Made by a program: the position numbers and the translations under genes. DNA of 64,000 bases from Alphaproteobacteria bacterium (GTDB lineage Bacteria; Pseudomonadota; Alphaproteobacteria; RF32; CAG-239): NCBI GenBank assembly GCA_015062535.1, contig SUUK01000005.1, positions 998 through 64,997 of the forward strand, written 5' to 3'. Under the pieces are notes generated by a model that saw only the letters and a program-made list of their open reading frames with translations, was not told where the DNA came from and did not search any database. Positions 8,849 to 16,943 of the stretch are shown here, piece after piece. Each line of letters opens with the position of its first letter. Positions within the stretch are counted from its first letter, which is position 1.

Positions 8849-9979
8849 CTATGGTTGCGGAGTTTCAAACAATGGCAAACCTTTTTCCATTTTAGTTTTT
8901 TGCTGTTCAAGTAGTGTTGCTATGCTTAGTTTTCCGCTTTTTAGCATTGTTCGAACAGCACATCCCCCATGAATGTTCGGATTTGCAAATAAAGCTTCTG
9001 CTCGTAAACGTTTAGGTGAGCCTACAAGATTTTGATGTATGCATGCAAGCAACCCGTTTGCCATTAATCCATATGCTAATTCTTCACTTATACCACTTGA
9101 TGCGGCATATTTAGCTAAGGCATTTACAGCATCTGCAACATTGTTTGCATGTATGGTTGAAAATACAAGGTGTCCTGATGTTGCGGCACGAAGTAGCTCT
9201 TCGGCGGCTTCAGGAGAGCGTATCTCCCCTAGATAAATATAGCGAGGCTTTGAGCGAAGTGCTGATTTGATGCCCTCTTCCCATTTACCATTTGGTGGTG
9301 TTGTTTGTTTGCAAAGTCCTAAATCACCATTTATGGTTTCGTATATACCATCTAGAGGCATTTCTATTGGATCTTCAATTGTGAAAGCGTATCCTCCTTC
9401 GGTTTGAAGATATTTTTTTAAGAGAGCTGAAATTGTTGTGCTTTTTCCTGTTCCAGTGGCTCCAGCAATTAGAATTAAGCCACTTTTATCTCCTAGGGTT
9501 AATAATTGACGATATATTCCACCTGGTAAGCCTAATTTTTCTAAATTTGGAATTGAGGTTGGCATTTTGCGAGCACAATATTGTTCACCTTTTAGCGCAA
9601 CGGTTCGCTCTATACGATAATCTCTTCCTTTGAACTGAAGAGAATAACTAGCATTATGACCATCATATTTTTCGATTACGGCATTGATAAACTCTTGCAA
9701 GTCAATGAATTTTGCGACTTTTAATCCACTATTAGATTTGCCACTCCATATGTAGCAAGTTTTATCTGGGGTTATGTAAAGATCTGAGAACTTTGCATCA
9801 TTGGTTGTTTTAGGAAGGCTGTCCTCTATTACTTTTTGAGGAATTGTTGCTTCTTTTTTTAATAGGGCAGCACTACTCATAACAGATGGTTTGGACTGTG
9901 CTTGAGTTTGAGCTGGTTGTTGTGTTTGTGGTTGTTCCTTTTGTTCTTCTTGCTCTTTATCTTTACCAAATATTGCCAT
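8849..9979 (-). CDS. PilT/DotB-family secretion/retraction ATPase (Walker A GATGTGKST, Asp box FTIEDPIE, His box STIHANN) with Q-rich N-terminus
   Basis: 376-aa ORF. The core aligns with PilT (GLVLVTGPTGSGKSTT...TIEDPIEF...GHLVFGTLHT). RBS gagg before the ATG. Confidence 0.75.
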   Translation of the reverse strand: MAIFGKDKEQEEQKEQPQTQQPAQTQAQSKPSVMSSAALLKKEATIPQKVIEDSLPKTTNDAKFSDLYITPDKTCYIWSGKSNSGLKVAKFIDLQEFINAVIEKYDGHNASYSLQFKGRDYRIERTVALKGEQYCARKMPTSIPNLEKLGLPGGIYRQLLTLGDKSGLILIAGATGTGKSTTISALLKKYLQTEGGYAFTIEDPIEMPLDGIYETINGDLGLCKQTTPPNGKWEEGIKSALRSKPRYIYLGEIRSPEAAEELLRAATSGHLVFSTIHANNVADAVNALAKYAASSGISEELAYGLMANGLLACIHQNLVGSPKRLRAEALFANPNIHGGCAVRTMLKSGKLSIATLLEQQKTKMEKGLPLFETPQP

Positions 9980-10060
9980 GATTAACCTCGTTATAGTTAT
10001 GTTATGTACATTGTTATACTATATAGTCTTGAAGATTTGGTTAATCTATGATTTAAAATA

Positions 10061-10097
10061 AAAAAACAGCCCTAAGACGGACTTAGAGCTGTTTTTT
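10061..10097. terminator. bidirectional Rho-independent terminator (10-bp stem cagccctaag/cttagagctg, flanking A/T runs)
   Basis: Hairpin plus T6, just downstream of the minus-strand gene 10100..10843. Confidence 0.6.
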
Positions 10098-10099
10098 GG

Positions 10100-10843
10100 T
10101 TAGCGGATTTTGTTGATGTAGTTTTGGATGTACTCCTTTCGAGGATTGCACGTTCCTCCGGTTATTGGAGATATTGCATCAGGTATTGCCATAACCCAAG
10201 AATTCAGCAAATCGTCTGGATTTGGGTTCTTTATGTCAATTTCTCTGCCATCTACATCAGAAAAAATTCCTTTTGCAAGGTGACGGGCAAAGTCTCCCTG
10301 ATTTAACGACATACCAAAGGTCTTAAGCTCTTTATGGGTACGAATATATTTGCCAATGTCGAATTTATCAACCTTTTGGCAAAACTCGTCATAACTCTGA
10401 GCTTTGCAGTTAAGGTAAACCTTGTAACCGAGGAAAACGGCGGTGAGCTCATACATCTCCCACTCGATGCGATAGTCAGGAACAAATGTCCTAAACATCT
10501 CGATACGATGCTGAAGAAGCTTTGGGAGAAGTGAAAAGAGCCTGTCTAGAGTTGGCTTGTTTTTCTCAAAACTTGCCTGTTTTCTCTTTTTTTCTTGCTC
10601 TATGAAAGCTTCGGCATCCTTTTCAAGGTCTTCATCTGTTTTGTAGTAGATTGGCTTAGAGTTTATATCCATTCCCCTAATACAGCTACCACCGTATGTG
10701 TGAAGGGTTACAATATCGCCGATCTTAGGGACAATGTCTCCGATAAGTTTCTTTGCCATGAAGAAGTGAATATCTTCCTCGGTTGAGATGTGAAATCCAT
10801 CCTCATCAACAACCACATTTGTGATTTTTACGTCTTGTTTCAT
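10100..10843 (-). CDS. hypothetical protein (247 aa), no recognisable motif
   Basis: Long ORF with a terminator downstream. It lies divergent from the palindrome-containing intergenic region. Confidence 0.55.
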   Translation of the reverse strand: MKQDVKITNVVVDEDGFHISTEEDIHFFMAKKLIGDIVPKIGDIVTLHTYGGSCIRGMDINSKPIYYKTDEDLEKDAEAFIEQEKKRKQASFEKNKPTLDRLFSLLPKLLQHRIEMFRTFVPDYRIEWEMYELTAVFLGYKVYLNCKAQSYDEFCQKVDKFDIGKYIRTHKELKTFGMSLNQGDFARHLAKGIFSDVDGREIDIKNPNPDDLLNSWVMAIPDAISPITGGTCNPRKEYIQNYINKIR

Positions 10844-10894
10844 AATGTATATCTATATAATTTGGTTTGTTTAATGATGTAACACACTTTGACC

Positions 10895-10926
10895 TTTTTG
10901 TCAATACTTTAAAATATTGACAAAAA
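10895..10926. promoter_or_regulatory. perfect 12-bp inverted repeat TTTTTGTCAATA-N8-TATTGACAAAAA (each arm contains TTGACA)
   Basis: Seen directly; sits in the divergent intergenic region between 10843 and the small ORF. Confidence 0.5.
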
Positions 10927-10976
10927 TAATCAAATGTAATATTATGGCATGCAGAAAAACCAATAATTATTATATT

Positions 10977-11243
10977 ATGATGAAAAAAGAAAAAATGCGT
11001 GATGCGTGGCATTACTCTAAGGAAAAGCTTGGTGATGTAGGTTATGTTGCTGCGGCTTTCTTGTTGGTATTTTTAGGCGCTTGGGGACTTGGAGAGTTGT
11101 TTCCTAATGTATTCTTTTTTTGGTTTACGATGTTCTCGGCGGCCTTTTTTATGCCATTTGTTGTTCTTTTCTTCTTGTGTAGATTTCTTTATTTTTACAT
11201 AAGAGGATATTTTAAGAACTCTGAAGTGAAAAAAGCGCCTTAA
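10977..11243 (+). CDS. small hydrophobic protein (about 2 TM helices), start uncertain
   Basis: The ORF 10917..11243 begins with TTG; internal ATGs lie at 10945, 10977 and 10995. No strong RBS. A hairpin and T9 terminator follows at 11225..11262. Confidence 0.35.
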   Translation: MMKKEKMRDAWHYSKEKLGDVGYVAAAFLLVFLGAWGLGELFPNVFFFWFTMFSAAFFMPFVVLFFLCRFLYFYIRGYFKNSEVKKAP

Positions 11244-11330
11244 ACGGGTGCTTTTTTTTTGGTTTTAAATGGCTTGACAGCGGACTATAGCTAGGTATAT
11301 CTATTGTTATAAGTAACTTTGGAGGACTAC

Positions 11331-12002
11331 ATGCATAAACATAATCATTGTCATAATCATCATATAGAAAATGAAAGAAAAACGCTTTTGATTATTTGGC
11401 TTACACTTTTGACTATGATTGTTGAGATTGCATATGGGTATATTACTAAATCTATGGCACTTTTGTCTGATGGTTATCATATGGCAACACATGTTTTGGC
11501 TCTTGGGCTTACTTATGCTACTTATGTTGTTATGAGAAAATTTAAGGAATCTAGCTTGTTTCCTAATGGAACAGATAAGATTGAGATGCTTGCTTCATAT
11601 ACTAGCTCTTTGCTTTTGGCTTTTACAGGTTGTCACATAATTATTGAAGCAATAAAGAGATTTTTTGTTCCGGTTGATATTAAATTTGATGATGCGATTT
11701 TAATTGCGGTAATTGGCCTTTTAGTAAATGGAGGGTGCATTTTTGTTATGCAAGGCTCTAAAGGTCATGAAAAGCATAAAGATTATAACTTTAAGGCGGC
11801 TTATTATCATATTTTAGCAGATCTTTTGACTTCTGTTTTAGCTATTTTTGCTTTAATTGTTGGAAAATATTATGGTTTGATGTTTTTGGACTATGTGATT
11901 GGGGCTTTGGGCGGTGTTTTAATATTGAGATGGGCCATTGATTTGATTAAAAATACTGTTGCTCAATTAATTGACATGAAAGTAACAGAAAAAAGAATAT
12001 AA
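11331..12002 (+). CDS. cation diffusion facilitator (CDF) family metal efflux protein, His-rich N-terminus; short (223 aa), apparently lacking the C-terminal cytoplasmic domain
   Basis: N-terminus MHKHNHCHNHH, six hydrophobic segments, RBS ggagga 5 nt before the ATG. The track start 11319 is a TTG. Confidence 0.7.
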   Translation: MHKHNHCHNHHIENERKTLLIIWLTLLTMIVEIAYGYITKSMALLSDGYHMATHVLALGLTYATYVVMRKFKESSLFPNGTDKIEMLASYTSSLLLAFTGCHIIIEAIKRFFVPVDIKFDDAILIAVIGLLVNGGCIFVMQGSKGHEKHKDYNFKAAYYHILADLLTSVLAIFALIVGKYYGLMFLDYVIGALGGVLILRWAIDLIKNTVAQLIDMKVTEKRI

Positions 12003-12042
12003 ATTCTTTTCGGGTTCAAATCCCACACCCTCTTTGCCAATG

Positions 12043-12070
12043 AAAAAAGCCACCTTTCGGTGGCCTTTTT
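12043..12070. terminator. bidirectional terminator aaaaaagccacc-tttc-ggtggccttttt
   Basis: Hairpin with flanking A and T runs, between the CDF gene (+) and tRNA-Gly (-). Confidence 0.7.
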
Positions 12071-12073
12071 AAT

Positions 12074-12148
12074 TGGAGCGGGTGAAGGGATTCGAACCCT
12101 CGACATCAACCTTGGCAAGGTTGCGCTCTACCCCTGAGCTACGCCCGC
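12074..12148 (-). tRNA. tRNA-Gly (anticodon GCC), CCA encoded
   Basis: Cloverleaf readable on the minus strand: acceptor gcgggcg, anticodon loop ttGCCaa, T-loop ttcgaat. One acceptor-stem mismatch. Confidence 0.85.
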
Positions 12149-12331
12149 ATCATTTAACAAGGGTGTTTTATAACATAGTTTTTTGTAATTGCAACAAAAA
12201 AAATTCGTTTTTTTGGGATTTTTTTTTAACATATTGTTTTTAATTTATAAAAAATATGTAAAATTATGCTTGCGTTCTTTAAAAGTTTGGGGTTTATATA
12301 TAGTCATTAAACTTATTTTAGGGGATATGTT

Positions 12332-12466
12332 ATGACGTGCACACAAAAAAAGCAAAAAGATATTCGCTTTGAAAAAGAAGCAAAAGCTTTGAAGAAAAAT
12401 CTCGAGAAAAGAAAAAAACAAGAAGCTGAATTAAAGCAAAAAAATAATTCAACACAATCTAAATAA
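12332..12466 (+). CDS. small lysine-rich basic protein (44 aa, MTCTQKKQKDIRFEKEAKALKKNLEKRKKQEAELKQKNNSTQSK), not in ORF track
   Basis: RBS agggga 8 nt upstream of the ATG. It lies directly upstream of murA. Confidence 0.4.
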   Translation: MTCTQKKQKDIRFEKEAKALKKNLEKRKKQEAELKQKNNSTQSK

Positions 12467-12491
12467 ACTTTTACTGAAGAAAGAGACTACT

Positions 12492-13784
12492 ATGGACAAG
12501 ATAAAAATTATTGGCGGAAACGTTTTAAATGGAAAAATTAACATTAGCGGAGCAAAAAATGCGGCTCTTCCTTTGGTTTGTGCTTCTTTATTAACAGACA
12601 AAGAAGTTGTTTTGCAAAATATTCCAAGTCTTTCTGACATTACTTTTCTTAACGGATTGCTTCAATTTATGGGACTTAAGGTTGAGAAAAGGGATGATAC
12701 ATACAATGGAATACCTTCTACAACTTATATTTATAAGGCTGATGAAATAAAGGAACTTATTGCTCCTTATGACTATGTTAGAAAGATGAGAGCTTCTTAT
12801 TATGTGCTAGGTCCTTTGCTTACTAGATTTAAACACGTTGAATTTTCGCTTCCTGGTGGTTGTGCTATTGGTGCAAGACCTATTGATATTCACTTAAATT
12901 CTCTTGAACAAATGGGTGCTAATATTGAAATCAAAAATGGTTATGTTATTGCTGATGCACCTAATGGATTAAGAGGAGCACATATTATTTTTAGTAAGGC
13001 TTCTGTTGGTGCTACTTGTAATATTCTTATGGCAGCAACTCTTGCTCATGGTACGACTAAAATAGAAAATGCGGCTAAAGAACCTGAGATTACAGATTTA
13101 ATTGATATGCTTAATTCTATGGGTGCTAAGATTCAAGGACGTGGTACATCTATTTTGACAATTGAGGGTATTGAAAAGCTTAATGGAACAACTCATGGTG
13201 TTGTTGCAGATAGAATCGAAGCTGGTTCTTATGCAATTGCAGCAGCTATTACAAAAGGCAGAATCGAACTTGTTAATGCTAATGCAGAACATCTTCAACA
13301 ACCTTTAAGAGTTTTAGAGAAGATGGGGGTTAGTATTGAATATCTTGAGAACTCTATTGTGGTTGATGCAAGAGGCAAAAACCTTATTGGTGAAGATATT
13401 TATACTGACTATTACCCAGGTTTTCCAACTGACTTGCAAGCTCAATATATGGCATTGATGACTGTTGCTGGAGGCGCATCTTTGGTTACTGAAAGTATTT
13501 GGGAGAATCGTTTTATGCACGTTCCTGAGCTTTGCAGAATGGGGGCGAATATAAATATTCACGGAAGAGCTTCTGCTATTGTTAGAGGCGTTGAAAAGCT
13601 TTCTGGCGCTCCTGTTATGGCAACTGATTTAAGAGCTTCATTTGCTCTTGTTTTGGCAGGACTTGTTGCTGAAGGCGAAACTATTGTTAATAGAGTTTAT
13701 CACCTTGATAGAGGTTATGAAAAATTGGAAGAAAAACTAAAGGCAGTTGGCGCTAATATTGAGCGTATTAAAGAGGCTGATTAG
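12492..13784 (+). CDS. murA: UDP-N-acetylglucosamine 1-carboxyvinyltransferase
   Basis: 430-aa ORF with the typical MurA N-terminus (KIKIIGGNVLNGKINISGAKNAALP) and the active-site Cys region PGGCAIGARPID. Confidence 0.9.
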   Translation: MDKIKIIGGNVLNGKINISGAKNAALPLVCASLLTDKEVVLQNIPSLSDITFLNGLLQFMGLKVEKRDDTYNGIPSTTYIYKADEIKELIAPYDYVRKMRASYYVLGPLLTRFKHVEFSLPGGCAIGARPIDIHLNSLEQMGANIEIKNGYVIADAPNGLRGAHIIFSKASVGATCNILMAATLAHGTTKIENAAKEPEITDLIDMLNSMGAKIQGRGTSILTIEGIEKLNGTTHGVVADRIEAGSYAIAAAITKGRIELVNANAEHLQQPLRVLEKMGVSIEYLENSIVVDARGKNLIGEDIYTDYYPGFPTDLQAQYMALMTVAGGASLVTESIWENRFMHVPELCRMGANINIHGRASAIVRGVEKLSGAPVMATDLRASFALVLAGLVAEGETIVNRVYHLDRGYEKLEEKLKAVGANIERIKEAD

Positions 13785-14835
13785 CATTATTGCCAAAAAG
13801 AAGGTAATGAAGTTTTTTTAAATTTCTTAAACTCTTTTTCTCAGTTGAATTATATTTTGAGAAACTATTGTAAGCCTCCATTATGGGGGCTTTTACTTCT
13901 CCTAGGTTGGGTTTATGTCTTAATATGTTTGTAATTCCTAATGTTGTTAAAAATAGGAAGCTATCGTCTATCAACATTTGAGTTTTTCGGTTTGCTGATT
14001 TGTATTCTTGTTTTTCTTTCATTTTTTGCGTGCTTTTTTGAGCCCAATTTATAATATTTTCGCTTTTGGAAACGCTATCTATTCTGTTATAGTAATTATA
14101 TATTGGAGATGTTGTAACTGATATAAGCGGATTATTTAGAAATGCTTGGAATATAAAAATTATATCCTCTGCGCAATTTATCCCCTCTGTAAAAGATAAA
14201 TTATGTTTATCTATAAAACTTTTTAAGAAAAATTTACCACGAATATCTGTTCCTGAGTAATATAAATCACTATATGTATCTTTGGCGTTAAAAGGGGAGA
14301 ACATCTGTAATTTATCTAAAGAACGGGTTGGATATTTTTTTATATCAGGAGCAAATTTTGCATCTTCCTCTCCTCTTACATTTTTTACCCACTCTTTATC
14401 ATAAACATCATAGAATCCTGTTAACAAAATGTCTGGAGAATCCTTTTTTATGAGTTTTATTGAATCTTTGAAAGCATTAGGCTCTAACCAGTCATCACTA
14501 TCAACAAAAGTTATGTATTTTGAAGTTGATGCTTTTAATCCTTTGTTTCTGGCTGATGATACACCTTCGTTTTTTTGAGTAATTAATTTTATATTAGAAT
14601 TATTTTTTTGATATTCTTTTAAGATTTGAGGAGTTGAATCTGTTGAGCCATCATCAACTATAACTATTTCAAAATTTCCTTTTTGCTTAAGGATACTGTC
14701 TAAGCAACGATTTATATATTTTTCTGAATTGTAAACAGGAACGATAACACTTATGGTTATTTTATTTGTTTGATAATACCATATGCTTAAAAATAATATA
14801 ATCGCTATACTTAATATGATTGATAGTTTTTTCAT
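13768..14835 (-). CDS. family 2 glycosyltransferase with N-terminal signal anchor
   Basis: Contains ISVIVPVYNSEKYI...DDGSTD...DSDD, the GT2 DXD signature. Confidence 0.8.
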   Translation of the reverse strand: MKKLSIILSIAIILFLSIWYYQTNKITISVIVPVYNSEKYINRCLDSILKQKGNFEIVIVDDGSTDSTPQILKEYQKNNSNIKLITQKNEGVSSARNKGLKASTSKYITFVDSDDWLEPNAFKDSIKLIKKDSPDILLTGFYDVYDKEWVKNVRGEEDAKFAPDIKKYPTRSLDKLQMFSPFNAKDTYSDLYYSGTDIRGKFFLKSFIDKHNLSFTEGINCAEDIIFIFQAFLNNPLISVTTSPIYNYYNRIDSVSKSENIINWAQKSTQKMKEKQEYKSANRKTQMLIDDSFLFLTTLGITNILRHKPNLGEVKAPIMEAYNSFSKYNSTEKKSLRNLKKLHYLLFGNNANQPL

Positions 14836-14885
14836 TTAATATACCTCTTGTTTATAAGGTATTGTAATGTGTGATGGTTAAAGAA

Positions 14886-15815
14886 TTATAAAATTTTTAA
14901 TTGTTTATGCAAAGGCTTGTCTGTTCTGATATTTATGTATTGGCAATTAAATTTTTTACAAAATCTTTCCATTGTTTGGCGTTTTTTTGCAAAATATTTA
15001 TAGTATGCATCTTTAAAATCTGATGACATAGTATTAAAAAATAATCTTTGACCATTATATTGAGCAACATATTCTCCATTTGCTGGAGGAACTTCCTCAA
15101 TATAATCGTATACATTTATGCAATATACTCGGCATTTTTTAGTTAAGGCAACTAGTGATTTTTGAGCTTCTTCTGATATGTTTTTAAAATCGCTTACAAC
15201 GAAAACCATTGCCCTTGATTTTATGCTATATTGCAAAAGTTCTAATGGCTCTTTTAGGTCTGATTTTAGGTATTGTTTGTTGTTTAGTATTTTTTTGCTT
15301 GTATTGGAGATGGCTTTTAAGATTGCCATTAGATTTTTTTGACTGCTTTGTGGCTTGTATAGTTTGGTTGTTTTACCATCATATAAAATTAAGCCAAAAC
15401 GGTCTTTATTTGACAAGCTTTGCCACCCAAGTAGAGCTGAAATTTTGGAAGCAGAAACAGATTTTAGCTCTTTTTTGGTACCAAAAATCATATATGGTGA
15501 TAAATCTAAAACAACATATACTTCTCGGTCTTTTTCTTCTGAAAATACTTTGGTGAAAGTATTTCCTAGTCTTGCTGTTACTCGCCAATCTATATCTCTT
15601 ACATCATCTCCAAAACTATATAAGCGGACTTCTTCAAATTCTATACCTCTACCTTTGAATGCTGAGCGAATGTTACCAACATTGTCTGATGTAACGTTAT
15701 TGTGGCGTTGTTTTATGTAGGGAAGATATTTTTTTTGCTCAAATAAATCATCTAGGCTTGCGTATAAGCCGTTAGATTTTTGCTTTTCTTTAATTTTCTT
15801 TTTAAAAAATATCAT
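14886..15815 (-). CDS. DUF58/vWA-like protein, partner of MoxR
   Basis: 309-aa ORF immediately downstream of the MoxR ATPase, the canonical MoxR-DUF58 pair. Confidence 0.65.
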   Translation of the reverse strand: MIFFKKKIKEKQKSNGLYASLDDLFEQKKYLPYIKQRHNNVTSDNVGNIRSAFKGRGIEFEEVRLYSFGDDVRDIDWRVTARLGNTFTKVFSEEKDREVYVVLDLSPYMIFGTKKELKSVSASKISALLGWQSLSNKDRFGLILYDGKTTKLYKPQSSQKNLMAILKAISNTSKKILNNKQYLKSDLKEPLELLQYSIKSRAMVFVVSDFKNISEEAQKSLVALTKKCRVYCINVYDYIEEVPPANGEYVAQYNGQRLFFNTMSSDFKDAYYKYFAKKRQTMERFCKKFNCQYINIRTDKPLHKQLKIL

Positions 15816-15832
15816 TCTTTTATGCCATTATG

Positions 15833-16822
15833 TTATGGTAATGGAACAGTTTTTAATAATGATGTTATTACATCATCTGTTGTTATTCCTTCGGCTTGAG
15901 CTTCAAAACTTAGGATTATTCTATGACGAAAAACATCATATATTACGGCATGAACATCATCTGGAGTTACAAAATCTCGTCCATCAAGCCATGCATGAAT
16001 TTTAGAACATTTATCTAGTGCAATTGTTGCACGAGGACTTGCTCCGAATAGAATACTATTTTTTAGTGAAGAATCGTATTTTTCTGGATTTCGTGTTGCA
16101 ACAACTAATTGAACAAGATATTCCTCTAGAGCCTCGCTCATATGAATAGATAAAACTTCTCTTCTAGCTTTTAAGATATCTTCTATTTCTAATTTACCAA
16201 CTGTTTTAGAGAATTCTTGCCAGCTTTGGTCTTGTTCTTTGGTGCCTAATTGTTCTGACCTTACTAGTTTTAGGATTTTATGTTCAGTTTCAGCATTGGG
16301 GTGGTCTATTTTGATATACATTAAAAATCTATCTAGTTGAGCTTCTGGAAGATTGTATGTACCTTCTTGCTCAATTGGGTTTTGAGTTGCTAAAACCATA
16401 AATGGTTCTTGAAGTTTATATTGCTTACCACCAACACTTACTTGACGCTCTGCCATTGCTTCTAACAATGCAGATTGAACTTTTGCGGGGGCACGGTTTA
16501 TTTCATCTGCTAAAACTAGATTTGCAAAGATTGGACCTTTTCTAAAATCAAAATCACAACGTTCTGCTATGTAGATTTCACTTCCGGTTATATCTGATGG
16601 AAGCAAGTCTGGGGTGAATTGAATACGATTAAAAGTTGCTTTGATGCATTCTGAAAGAGTTTTTATGGCTTTTGTTTTTGCAAGACCAGGAGCTCCTTCT
16701 AACAAAGCATGACCATCTGCTAATAATGTTATTATAAGCTTTTCTACCAAGTCTTTTTGACCTATGATTTTGCTATCTAAATACTTTTGCAAAGCTATGA
16801 TTTTTTCTTTTATGTCGCTCAT
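15833..16822 (-). CDS. MoxR-family AAA+ ATPase
   Basis: Walker A GAPGLAKT and Walker B VLLADEINRA. Start set at the MSDIK ATG, which has an SD ggggga; the track start is a TTG. Confidence 0.8.
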   Translation of the reverse strand: MSDIKEKIIALQKYLDSKIIGQKDLVEKLIITLLADGHALLEGAPGLAKTKAIKTLSECIKATFNRIQFTPDLLPSDITGSEIYIAERCDFDFRKGPIFANLVLADEINRAPAKVQSALLEAMAERQVSVGGKQYKLQEPFMVLATQNPIEQEGTYNLPEAQLDRFLMYIKIDHPNAETEHKILKLVRSEQLGTKEQDQSWQEFSKTVGKLEIEDILKARREVLSIHMSEALEEYLVQLVVATRNPEKYDSSLKNSILFGASPRATIALDKCSKIHAWLDGRDFVTPDDVHAVIYDVFRHRIILSFEAQAEGITTDDVITSLLKTVPLP

Positions 16823-16943
16823 AAAATCCCCCAATGTTTTATTTCTGTTCTAAATTAAAACAAAATACTTTTTATTTATGAAAAGATACTTTATAGAGAT
16901 ATATATAAGATTCATAGGATAAAAAAACAAGAAATATTATAAG

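Noticed and set aside
12003-12040. tRNA-3'-end-like fragment cgggttcaaatcccacaccctctttgcca after the CDF gene, a possible att-site remnant.
   Set aside because: T-stem pairing is imperfect and the implied acceptor stem would start AGAGGGT. The fragment does not match the 3' ends of the two intact tRNAs in the window. No integrase or direct-repeat partner is present.
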